Shown here piece after piece: positions 25,613 to 33,260 of a stretch of 64,000 nucleotides of DNA (position 1 is its first letter; every line of letters starts with the position of its first letter). The position numbers and the translations under genes were made by a program. Source of the DNA: Patescibacteria group bacterium. GTDB taxonomy: Bacteria; Patescibacteriota; Patescibacteriia; Patescibacteriales; JAQTRU01. The stretch is taken from assembly GCA_028716725.1 (NCBI GenBank), contig JAQUPG010000006.1, forward strand, positions 3,686 through 67,685, written 5' to 3'. The notes under the pieces are model-generated. The model made no database searches. It was not told the DNA's origin and worked only from the letters and a program-made list of their open reading frames with translations.

Positions 25613-26788
25613 ATGAAACAAATACTCGAAGGTTCCAGGGCCATCGCCCTGACAATAAAAAATATCAACCCGGCAGTCATTTCTGCTTACCCGATTACTC
25701 CCCAAACTCATATTGTCGAAGATCTGGCTAAATTTAAAGCTAACGGGGAGGCCGATTACGAATATGTTCGGGCGGAAAGCGAATTTGCCGCGGCTTCGAT
25801 TATAGAGGGCGCCAGCGCTACCGGCGTGCGGGTTTATTCGGCCACTTCTTCCCAGGGCCTGCTTTTAATGGCTGAGGTTATATTTAATATTGCCGGCATG
25901 CGCCTGCCAATAGTTATAACCTGCGCCAATCGGGCGGTGTCCGCGCCCATTAATATCTGGAACGACCAACAGGACGCTATGACCGTCAGGGACGCCGGCT
26001 GGATTATGTTTTTTGCCGAAAACCACCAGGAAGCGGTTGACCAGCATATTATCGCTTATAAAGTGGCGGAGAAATTAAATCTGCCGGTAATGGTTAATAT
26101 TGACGGCTTTGTTTTAACCCATACTTACGAGCCGGTGATTATACCCGAAGCTAAACAGATAAAAAAATATTTGCCGGACTATAAGCCTAAAGCCGGCCAG
26201 TTTTTAAATCCGGCTAACCCTGTTACCATGGGCGCTTTTGCCACTCCGGCCCATTACATGGAAATCCGCCAGGACCTGCACGATGACCTGACTTCCGGCT
26301 TAAAAGTAATTAATGAAGAATATAAAAAATATTATGAAATTTTCCGAAATCCGACATCCGAAATCCGACATCCGAAATCCGAAAATGGTCTAGTCGAATA
26401 CTACGGTCCGAAGAATCCAAAGACAATTTTAGTGGCTATGGGTTCGGTCATCGGCACTATGAAAGAAGTTGTTGACGAACATAATTCTTCTTTCCCGGGA
26501 GATAAAGTCGGCATATTAAAAGTAAAAACTTACCGGCCTTTCCCGGCCGAAGAGGTTATAAAAATTATAAAGCCGGCCAAATATGTCGCGGTTATTGATA
26601 AATCCATTTCCCTGGGCCAGATTGGCCCCTTAGCCAGCGACCTAAAAGCGGCTTGCCAAGGGAAAATTAAGGGTAAAATTCAGAGTTTCGTTGTTGGTTT
26701 GGGCGGACGGGACGTTACGAAGGAAATGATTAAAAAAATAATTAATGAAGTTAAAAAGAATGATGATGAAATAAAATTTATTGGTTAG
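25613..26788 (+). CDS. porA: PFOR alpha subunit
   Basis: MKQILEGSRAIAL..AYPITPQT..SEFAA motifs. The track start at 25532 adds 27 aa encoded by spacer repeat DNA, so the ATG at 25613 is preferred. Confidence 0.85.
   Translation: MKQILEGSRAIALTIKNINPAVISAYPITPQTHIVEDLAKFKANGEADYEYVRAESEFAAASIIEGASATGVRVYSATSSQGLLLMAEVIFNIAGMRLPIVITCANRAVSAPINIWNDQQDAMTVRDAGWIMFFAENHQEAVDQHIIAYKVAEKLNLPVMVNIDGFVLTHTYEPVIIPEAKQIKKYLPDYKPKAGQFLNPANPVTMGAFATPAHYMEIRQDLHDDLTSGLKVINEEYKKYYEIFRNPTSEIRHPKSENGLVEYYGPKNPKTILVAMGSVIGTMKEVVDEHNSSFPGDKVGILKVKTYRPFPAEEVIKIIKPAKYVAVIDKSISLGQIGPLASDLKAACQGKIKGKIQSFVVGLGGRDVTKEMIKKIINEVKKNDDEIKFIG
26343..26384. repeat. TCCGA(A/C)A x6 heptamer array inside porA
   Basis: 42 nt, in frame, encoding RNPTSEIRHPKSEN. 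Same heptamer and same + strand orientation as the array in rsmA. Confidence 0.9.
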
Positions 26789-26794
26789 TAGCCA

Positions 26795-26825
26795 CCCCCT
26801 TGATAAAGGGGGCCAGGGGGATTTT
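26795..26825 (+). repeat. C/G hairpin plus G-rich tail element (family A)
   Basis: ccccctt-gata-aaggggg followed by ccagggggatttt. Other copies at 47779, 56034, 62022, 43138 and 34633. Confidence 0.85.
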
Positions 26826-26850
26826 AAAAGTTAAACCTCCCCTACCCCTC

Positions 26851-26871
26851 CCTGCCTACCGGACAGGCAGG
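26851..26871. repeat. CCTGCCT hairpin
   Basis: cctgcct-accggac-aggcagg. A related cctgcctg-tcgg-caggcagg lies at 30503-30522, after porB. Confidence 0.7.
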
Positions 26872-26898
26872 CTTTCGAAGGAGGGCATACATAATAAT

Positions 26899-27924
26899 AT
26901 GAAACTTTCTAATTTAGTTAAAACTTCTAACGGGGTGAAAAAGCTTCCCAAAATTTTAACAATAACTTTTCTCTCCATTTTAATTTTCCAAATGGTTTGT
27001 TTGATTATTTTACTGACGATCCCTAAAAAAACCCAGGCGGCTGACATAAGATTCAACCCGCAGGTTGAAATTCCTGGCTTGGAAGAAGAAGTTCAAAAGG
27101 ATGGGGGGGGATACTATGTCGGCACAGAAACAGAAGTAATGAAAGATGGTAAAAAAGTGAAAACATTCAGCAGCGACCTCTTGGGGAAATACATCCAGGC
27201 AATTTACAATTACGCCATCGGCATTGTCGGAATTTTAGCCGCCGTGGTTTTGATGTTCGGGGGAGTAATCTGGCTTACGGCCGGCGGCAGCCCGGAAAAA
27301 GTTAATGAGGCTAAGGCCTGGATTGGCGCATCTCTTTCCGGCCTAGTTTTGGTTTTATGCTCTTATATGATTTTAAATACCATTAATCCGGATTTAGTCA
27401 GCTTTAAGCCGATAGAAGTGCAAACTATTGAAAAAATGCCTGTAATGGGTTGCTGCGAATATAAGGAATGTGATGATAATATTACGGAACCGGACTGCAG
27501 AAAAAAGGAGGGATATATTGCCTGGCGGGAAGGAAGTATTTATACTTGCAATGCTGAAAATAAATGCGAAAAATCATGTTTTTGGATAACCCTTAGAAAT
27601 GATGAATATTGCAGAAGTATCGGGTATGAAATGGAGGGAACCAGCGAAATGTGCGGGATAGGGCAATTTGGAGCAGCTGCTTACTCTACGGGGGGAGAAT
27701 TCAAATCCGTTTGCTGTTGCAGCCATGGGAAAGTGGCTAATCCTTGCGAAGGCAAAAAAAATGGGGACGAATGCACTACAAGCGGAGGAGATAAAGGATA
27801 TTGTATGCATAATGCGTGCCATACTTGCAAGCCGGCAGGCACTACTTGCACTCAGTGGTTATATGGAAATAAAGAATGCTGTAACGGAGATTGCCAAGGA
27901 TTAAAAGACCCTAAATGTAATTAA
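26899..27924 (+). CDS. VirB2/TrbC-like pilin-domain protein with 22-Cys C-terminal domain
   Basis: Signal anchor ILTITFLSILIFQMVCLIILLTIPKKTQA. Two-helix hairpin IYNYAIGIVGILAAVVLMFGGVIWLTAGGSPEKVNEAKAWIGASLSGLVLVLCSYMIL. C-terminal 160 aa contain 22 Cys. The track start at 26800 (TTG) lies in repeat DNA, so the ATG at 26899 is preferred. Confidence 0.7.
   Translation: MKLSNLVKTSNGVKKLPKILTITFLSILIFQMVCLIILLTIPKKTQAADIRFNPQVEIPGLEEEVQKDGGGYYVGTETEVMKDGKKVKTFSSDLLGKYIQAIYNYAIGIVGILAAVVLMFGGVIWLTAGGSPEKVNEAKAWIGASLSGLVLVLCSYMILNTINPDLVSFKPIEVQTIEKMPVMGCCEYKECDDNITEPDCRKKEGYIAWREGSIYTCNAENKCEKSCFWITLRNDEYCRSIGYEMEGTSEMCGIGQFGAAAYSTGGEFKSVCCCSHGKVANPCEGKKNGDECTTSGGDKGYCMHNACHTCKPAGTTCTQWLYGNKECCNGDCQGLKDPKCN
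27202..27400 (+). repeat. conserved pilin-hairpin coding block, copy 1
   Basis: Direct repeat of 28170-28368. By eye about nine of ten bases are identical, with most differences at third codon positions. Confidence 0.85.
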
Positions 27925-27935
27925 TAATTTAACAA

Positions 27936-28994
27936 ATGCCGAAAAAATTCCCAAAAATTTTTACTGTTATTTTTCTGCTTTTAATAATCCTGCAAACAGG
28001 CGCTTTTGTTTTTCCCATTTTATTTTATACCCCGGCAAAAGCGGCGGCCAAATGGGCTAACCCGGTAGACCAAATAAAAATACCCGGGCTAAAATTTTCC
28101 GAGCCAAAAGCCTGCCCGGATGACCCGTTAAAAACCTGCGTCCCCTGGATAGGAGAATATATCGGCGGCATTTACAATTACGCCATCGGCATTGTCGGGA
28201 TTTTGGCGGCCGTGGTTTTGATGTTCGGGGGAGTAATCTGGCTCACGGCCGGAGGCAGCCCGGATAAGGTTAATGAAGCCAAGGCCTGGATCGGCGCGTC
28301 TTTATCCGGCTTGGTTCTAGCTTTATGCTCTTACATGATTTTATACCAAATTAATCCTGACTTGGTTAAACTTAATCCTTTGAAAGTAAATGTCGTTACT
28401 GAAAAAAAGATAGAAGGTGCGGCTGCCCAAAAATGCCAATGGGGAGTTGGTTCATGGAATGAATTTTATGCAGATACTTGCAAAGATATGGCAAAAAAAG
28501 GAAATTGGGAAAATCCCAATACCTGGGAAGTAAAAACAGAAGAAAATTGCGAAGGGACTAAACCACAGGGAAACTATGTTCTCTGTTGCTGCCCTCCCTG
28601 TCCGGCAGAATGCCAAGCAGTAGGCTGTAATTACTGCGCGGCCTGCGAAAATTGTACAACTCTTACAATTCCCACAAAAAATGGTACACAACTAACTGCA
28701 CCTTTGGCCCAAAAACTAGCAAATGCTTTTAGCCAGAAAAATAACTGGCGAGTAACCGAAGCTTGGCCGCCAAGCCAGGGCCATGCCGATTCCTGCCATT
28801 ACAATGGCATGTGCGCTGACATTAATTTTTCTAACGGCTCTAAAGATCCAACCGAGGTAAAAGAATTATTCGACATATTAACCGCCGCCGGATTAAATGC
28901 AACATATGAATCCGATGATTGTAGCGCCTATACGGGAGTAACATGCGACAAAGGCTCGGCCTATACCAACGCCCAACATTTTCACGTAAAATAA
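27936..28994 (+). CDS. VirB2/TrbC-like pilin-domain protein with Cys-rich linker and LAS-type zinc peptidase-like C-terminal domain
   Basis: Carries the same hairpin as the upstream gene. The C-terminus has SCHYNGMCAD (H-x6-D) and a terminal HFH (H-x-H), which together form the LAS/peptidase M15-type zinc signature. 16 Cys after the hairpin. Confidence 0.7.
   Translation: MPKKFPKIFTVIFLLLIILQTGAFVFPILFYTPAKAAAKWANPVDQIKIPGLKFSEPKACPDDPLKTCVPWIGEYIGGIYNYAIGIVGILAAVVLMFGGVIWLTAGGSPDKVNEAKAWIGASLSGLVLALCSYMILYQINPDLVKLNPLKVNVVTEKKIEGAAAQKCQWGVGSWNEFYADTCKDMAKKGNWENPNTWEVKTEENCEGTKPQGNYVLCCCPPCPAECQAVGCNYCAACENCTTLTIPTKNGTQLTAPLAQKLANAFSQKNNWRVTEAWPPSQGHADSCHYNGMCADINFSNGSKDPTEVKELFDILTAAGLNATYESDDCSAYTGVTCDKGSAYTNAQHFHVK
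28170..28368 (+). repeat. conserved pilin-hairpin coding block, copy 2
   Basis: See 27202-27400. Confidence 0.85.
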
Positions 28995-28998
28995 CAAT

Positions 28999-29214
28999 AT
29001 GCTTTATTTTACCAAGTATGCGGAAAAAAAATTTGATATTTTAAACAAGCATAAAGTCTATTTTACCCGCGAGCAGATAGAAGAAACCTTAAAGTTGCCC
29101 GACAAAACGGGCAAAAGAGGAAAATATTTAACCGCCTCCGGGGACGGAATTAAGGTAATTTATAAAAAAGAAAATGAGTTAATAAAAATCATCACTTTTT
29201 TCCCTGAAAAATAA
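28999..29214 (+). CDS. DUF4258-like small protein (putative toxin component)
   Basis: 71 aa. FTKYAEKKFDIL...IKVIYKKENELIKIITFFP pattern. Its stop overlaps the next start (TAATG). Confidence 0.55.
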   Translation: MLYFTKYAEKKFDILNKHKVYFTREQIEETLKLPDKTGKRGKYLTASGDGIKVIYKKENELIKIITFFPEK

Positions 29215-29429
29215 TGCAATACGATAATGAGGCCAATTTAATAAGCTGGGAAATAACGGGAGGCAAAATCAGCCACGCCCGGGAATTCGGCAATTTTATA
29301 ATTCATTTTTCTCCGGCGGGTAAACCGATTTTAGTGGAAATTTTAGACGCTTCCAAATTCGTCGGGCAGCTTGATAAGATAAAAGTTGGGGATTTAAAAA
29401 ATATTGAAAAAACGATTCCGGCGAGTTAG
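29214..29429 (+). CDS. DUF2283-family small protein (putative antitoxin component)
   Basis: YDNEANLISWEI...GKPILVEILDASKFV matches the YDxEaDaLyi...GIEILdAS pattern. Confidence 0.65.
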   Translation: MQYDNEANLISWEITGGKISHAREFGNFIIHFSPAGKPILVEILDASKFVGQLDKIKVGDLKNIEKTIPAS

Positions 29430-29434
29430 CATCA

Positions 29435-29548
29435 TTAAGATTTAAGAATTAGGATTTAAGATTTACGAATAAAAAATGGCCACTTTGTAACTAAATAACC
29501 ACTTCAAAAATCCTTCTTAAATCTTAATTCATAAATCTTAAATCTTCT
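29435..29548. repeat. spacer-filling imperfect palindrome (TAAGATT words)
   Basis: ttaagatttaagaattaggatttaagatttacgaat ... ttcttaaatcttaattcataaatcttaaatcttc, upstream of porB. Confidence 0.8.
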
Positions 29549-29556
29549 ATACGGAT

Positions 29557-30489
29557 ATGTTAAAAAAAATAAAAGCTAGCCAAGGTTTAAATATCAAGGC
29601 AAGCAAATACCCCCTCTCCCCCGGCCACCGGGCTTGCGCCGGTTGCGGGCAGATGATTGCGGCCCGGACCGTAGCCGAGGCCTTGGGGCCTGACGTTATT
29701 ATCGCCAACGCGACAGGATGTTTAGAAGTTACGACTACGCCTTATCCGGAAAGCGCCTGGGGCATGCCCTGGATCCATTCTCTTTTTGAAAACGCTTCGG
29801 CCGTTGCTTCCGGAATTTTGGCCGCCCTAAAACAAAAAGGTGATAAAAAAACCAAGGTGATTGCCCAAGCCGGAGACGGCGGTACGTTTGACATTGGCAT
29901 CGGTTTAATTTCCGGCATGTGGGAAAGGGGCGAAAATATTTTATACATTTGCTACGACACCGAAGCTTATTCCAATACCGGCATCCAGGCGTCCGGCGCG
30001 ACTCCCTGGGCAGCCAATACCACGACCACCCCGGCCGGCATTGGCCCGACGATTGACGCCATTGGTTCGCACCAGAGAAAAAAAGACATGATTGCCATTG
30101 CCTTGGCGCACGGCCTGCCTTACGTTGCCCAGTCTACTTCCGGGTTTACCGAAGATATCGCCCGCAAAGTAAAAAAAGCCCTAGCCATACAAGGCCCGAG
30201 CTATATCCAAATTTTAACTCCTTGCGTCCCGGGTTGGAATATTGACCCCAGCCAAACCATAAAAACGGGAAAATTAGCGGCCCAAACCGGACTTTACCCT
30301 TTGCTGGAATATGAAAACGGCCAGCTGACAAACGTTTCTAAAATCCCGACGCCGGAGCCAAAAGTGGAAGAATATTTAAAACTACAAGGCAGATTTAAAC
30401 ATTTATTCAAGGACCAGAAAGGCAAAGAGCAAATTGAATATATCCAGAAACTGGCTAACCAAAATATTGCCAAGTATGGGTTAAAATAA
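29557..30489 (+). CDS. porB: PFOR beta subunit (TPP-binding)
   Basis: GHRACAGCG, GDGGTFDIG and TEAYSNTG motifs; 310 aa. Confidence 0.85.
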   Translation: MLKKIKASQGLNIKASKYPLSPGHRACAGCGQMIAARTVAEALGPDVIIANATGCLEVTTTPYPESAWGMPWIHSLFENASAVASGILAALKQKGDKKTKVIAQAGDGGTFDIGIGLISGMWERGENILYICYDTEAYSNTGIQASGATPWAANTTTTPAGIGPTIDAIGSHQRKKDMIAIALAHGLPYVAQSTSGFTEDIARKVKKALAIQGPSYIQILTPCVPGWNIDPSQTIKTGKLAAQTGLYPLLEYENGQLTNVSKIPTPEPKVEEYLKLQGRFKHLFKDQKGKEQIEYIQKLANQNIAKYGLK

Positions 30490-30530
30490 AAAATTAAAGA
30501 TACCTGCCTGTCGGCAGGCAGGAAAAATAA

Positions 30531-30560
30531 AAAACACGCTCATTATCAGGCGTGTTTTTT
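30531..30560. terminator. bidirectional rho-independent terminator
   Basis: A-run, stem aacacgc / gcgtgtt with a 10-nt loop, then T-run. Lies between the porB end and the tRNA-Val 3' end. Confidence 0.7.
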
Positions 30561-30561
30561 G

Positions 30562-30635
30562 TGGGCTTAAGAGGGCTCGAACCTCTGACCTTACGGATGT
30601 GAACCGTACGCTCTAACCAACTGAGCTATAAGCCC
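30562..30635 (-). tRNA. tRNA-Val (anticodon CAC)
   Basis: Minus strand reads GGGCTTATAGCTCAGTTGGTTAGAGCGTACGGTTCACATCCGTAAGGTCAGAGGTTCGAGCCCTCTTAAGCCCA. Full cloverleaf with 7-bp acceptor stem, GTTCGAGCC T-loop and anticodon loop TTCACAT. No encoded CCA. Confidence 0.9.
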
Positions 30636-30668
30636 AAACTATATGTGCAGACGCATAATCATGCGTCT

Positions 30669-31022
30669 CTACCTCCTTAATCCAACTCTGTTAAAACCTT
30701 CAAAATGTATATTTTCATCGTTAAACACTTCAACCACTTTATATTTGCCTTTTGTCCAGATCTCGTTATTCTCAACAAAATGAGTGGCTTCTAAAATTAT
30801 AATACTGGCTTTGGGCCTAGATAAATTTTCGCTGCCTTTAGTTTCAACCAAAGGAATTTCCCCAAATAACCAATAATTCCTTTGCTCTTTTTTAAGAAAA
30901 GGATAAATTTCCCCGATTTCTAAACTTTCCGGGATACATTCTTCTTTTTTGCGATTCCCGTTTTTATATTCCAAAATATTTCTTAATGCCAAATCCGGAT
31001 TAAATTCGACTTTTATGCCCAT
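30669..31022 (-). CDS. hypothetical protein (117 aa)
   Basis: Clean ORF between RNase H and tRNA-Val. No family recognised. An 8-bp hairpin agacgcat-aatc-atgcgtct follows it at about 30640-30663. Confidence 0.6.
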   Translation of the reverse strand: MGIKVEFNPDLALRNILEYKNGNRKKEECIPESLEIGEIYPFLKKEQRNYWLFGEIPLVETKGSENLSRPKASIIILEATHFVENNEIWTKGKYKVVEVFNDENIHFEGFNRVGLRR

Positions 31023-31060
31023 AAAATTATTTCAAATTCTTAATTCCTTATTCTTAATTC

Positions 31061-31471
31061 CTATTTTCCCCGATCCATCGCCTTATTTGCCAAGGCATCC
31101 GCTTCTTTATTTCTTTCCCGCGGCACATGGTGAAAACTAATTTTTTTAAAACCGATTTCTAAATTATAAACCTGCAAAAACAAAGGCGCTAAATCAGAAT
31201 TTTTAACTTTATATTCTCTCTTCAGCTGTTTAACGATCAACTCACTGTCTAAATAAAATTCCAGCTCCTCCCCCCCTAACTCTTTAGCTTTTTTTAGGGC
31301 CGCAATTACGGCTTTGTACTCGGCCTGGTTGTTGGTGGAGTGGCCTATATGTTCAGAAATTTCCGCCAGCTTTTTTTTATTCCCGTCATAAACCACTGCG
31401 CCAATACCGCCCGGCCCGGGATTGCCCCGCGCTCCGCCATCCGTATATATTGTAAGCCTCTTATAAGACAT
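31061..31471 (-). CDS. rnhA: ribonuclease HI family protein
   Basis: IYTDGGARGNPGPGG, NNQAEYKAVIAAL, DSELIVKQL and REKNKEADALAN-like motifs; 136 aa. Confidence 0.85.
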   Translation of the reverse strand: MSYKRLTIYTDGGARGNPGPGGIGAVVYDGNKKKLAEISEHIGHSTNNQAEYKAVIAALKKAKELGGEELEFYLDSELIVKQLKREYKVKNSDLAPLFLQVYNLEIGFKKISFHHVPRERNKEADALANKAMDRGK

Positions 31472-31474
31472 AAT

Positions 31475-31509
31475 CGTTATGCGTTATGCGTTATGCGTTA
31501 TGCGTTATG
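31475..31509. repeat. CGTTATG x5 heptamer array
   Basis: Perfect tandem array spanning the recJ stop codon and the spacer up to the RNase H start. Confidence 0.9.
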
Positions 31510-33249
31510 CGATTTAATATCCACCAGCTTCAACTGCACTTCGCTCCTCCCATTAAAATTATTGTTCTCTATATAATAAACTACGTCAACCTTATCACCA
31601 ATTTTAAATTTTTTCCATTCCTCGCTCCGGCCAAAAGCTACGGCCCAAAGCCCGTTAAAACGAAACTTTACATGCTGGCCGTCAATTCCCATATTTATTA
31701 TATCCTTAATTTGTGCTTTCCGGCTAATAAACTTCGGCCTCGGATTATCCTGGCCAAAAGGAGAAAATTTTTCTAAATTTTTTACCAAACCTTCATCAAT
31801 TTCTTCCAGTGCCAGTTCGGCCTCTATTTCCAGTTTCGGCCGAAGATCAGTTTTATTCAGTTTCCCTTCGGCAAGCTTTTTCATCTTATCAATAAAATTC
31901 TCTAAATTTTCTTCTTTCAAGGAAAAACCGCAGGCCGCCGGATGCCCGCCGTATTTTTCTAAAAATTCCCTTGCCTCTTCCAGGGCGGCAATAATATTAA
32001 ATTCGGGAATGCTCCGGCCAGAACCCTTATAGCCTTCCTGCCCCTTGGTTATTACCAAAACCGGCCGATAATATTTATCGCTAAGCTTTCCGGCCACCAA
32101 GCCGATTACGCCTTCGTTCCAAACCTCCGCTTCCTTTTCCTCCCGCAAAGGGCAAACTCCGATAATTATTTTTTCCCTTGCCCCGTTAGAAAGAGTGGAC
32201 TTTCTAACGGGGTCGGCTCCAACCTCAATTTTTTTCTCTATTTCCCCCATGATTTCTTCGGTAATTCTCTGGCGGTCTATATTCCGGTTATTGAGCCTCC
32301 TTGATAAAGTTTCGGCTTCTTCTTTATTTTTGGTTGTCAGCAATTCAAAGGCGGTATTAGCGTGCTCCATCCGGCCGGCCGCGTTAAGCCGCGGGGCAAT
32401 CTGGAAACCGATATTCCATTCTTCAATTTCGCCGTTTATCTGGGCTACTTTTATTAATTCCCCCAAACCCATTCTTTTATTCTTATTCACTACTTTTAAC
32501 CCCTCTTTCACTAAAATCCTGTTTTCGCCCAGTAAACTTACGCAGTCGGCGATTGTACCAATCGCGGCTAAATCAAGGGTTTGCTCCCTTAATTTTTCCT
32601 TTATTTCTTTCGGCAGTTTCGCCCGGCTTATTATGGCTTCGGCCAGTTTCGCCGCCACGCCGGCTCCGGCTAAATTTTTAAAGGGATAATTTTCTCCGGC
32701 GACATTCGGGTTAATTATTAAACAATCAGGCAAATCTTTTTCCTCCGGCGAGACATGATGGTCGGTAATAATAATATCAAGGCCGCTGGCTTTTGCATAT
32801 TCCACCTCATTTTTGTCCCGGATGCCGCCGTCAACGGTAATGATTAATTTTAGGTTATTTTTTATAAACTCATCAATCGCTTTTTTATTAAGGCCATAAC
32901 CTTCGCTGGCCCGGTCCGGTATGTAAATTTCAATTTTGGCTTTAAGAATCGTTAAAACCTGGGCTAAAATTGCGGTTGAAGTTACGCCGTCCGCATCATA
33001 ATCCCCATAAATCACAATTTTATCCTCGGCCTTGATGTGTTTGATTATTAAATCAACCGCCGTTGCCATATTATTAAACAAAAACGGATCAAAAAAATCT
33101 CCGGAAGAAGAATTAAAAAATTGTTCAATTTCTTTTTTATCTTTCAGGCCCCGATTAAAAAGCAACTGCAAAACAACCCGGCTAAACCCGGGGTTTTTAA
33201 TAATAAAGTCATTATCAATTTTCGGCCTTACCTGCCAGACCTTTTCCAT
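31498..33249 (-). CDS. recJ: single-stranded-DNA-specific exonuclease RecJ
   Basis: DHH-family motifs IYGDYDADGVTS, TVDGG and ITDHH; 583 aa. Confidence 0.9.
   Translation of the reverse strand: MEKVWQVRPKIDNDFIIKNPGFSRVVLQLLFNRGLKDKKEIEQFFNSSSGDFFDPFLFNNMATAVDLIIKHIKAEDKIVIYGDYDADGVTSTAILAQVLTILKAKIEIYIPDRASEGYGLNKKAIDEFIKNNLKLIITVDGGIRDKNEVEYAKASGLDIIITDHHVSPEEKDLPDCLIINPNVAGENYPFKNLAGAGVAAKLAEAIISRAKLPKEIKEKLREQTLDLAAIGTIADCVSLLGENRILVKEGLKVVNKNKRMGLGELIKVAQINGEIEEWNIGFQIAPRLNAAGRMEHANTAFELLTTKNKEEAETLSRRLNNRNIDRQRITEEIMGEIEKKIEVGADPVRKSTLSNGAREKIIIGVCPLREEKEAEVWNEGVIGLVAGKLSDKYYRPVLVITKGQEGYKGSGRSIPEFNIIAALEEAREFLEKYGGHPAACGFSLKEENLENFIDKMKKLAEGKLNKTDLRPKLEIEAELALEEIDEGLVKNLEKFSPFGQDNPRPKFISRKAQIKDIINMGIDGQHVKFRFNGLWAVAFGRSEEWKKFKIGDKVDVVYYIENNNFNGRSEVQLKLVDIKSHNA
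32181..32212. repeat. perfect 13-bp-arm hairpin inside recJ
   Basis: ccccgttagaaag-agtgga-ctttctaacgggg, encoding ..DPVRKSTLSNGA.. Confidence 0.85.
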
Positions 33250-33260
33250 ATTTTTTAAAA

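Noticed and set aside
31475-31509. Tandem repeats considered as a possible CRISPR array (also 14098, 19391, 26343).
   Set aside because: The period is 7 nt with no spacers. Arrays are 28-42 nt long and often inside genes. No cas genes are present. These are microsatellite-type repeats.
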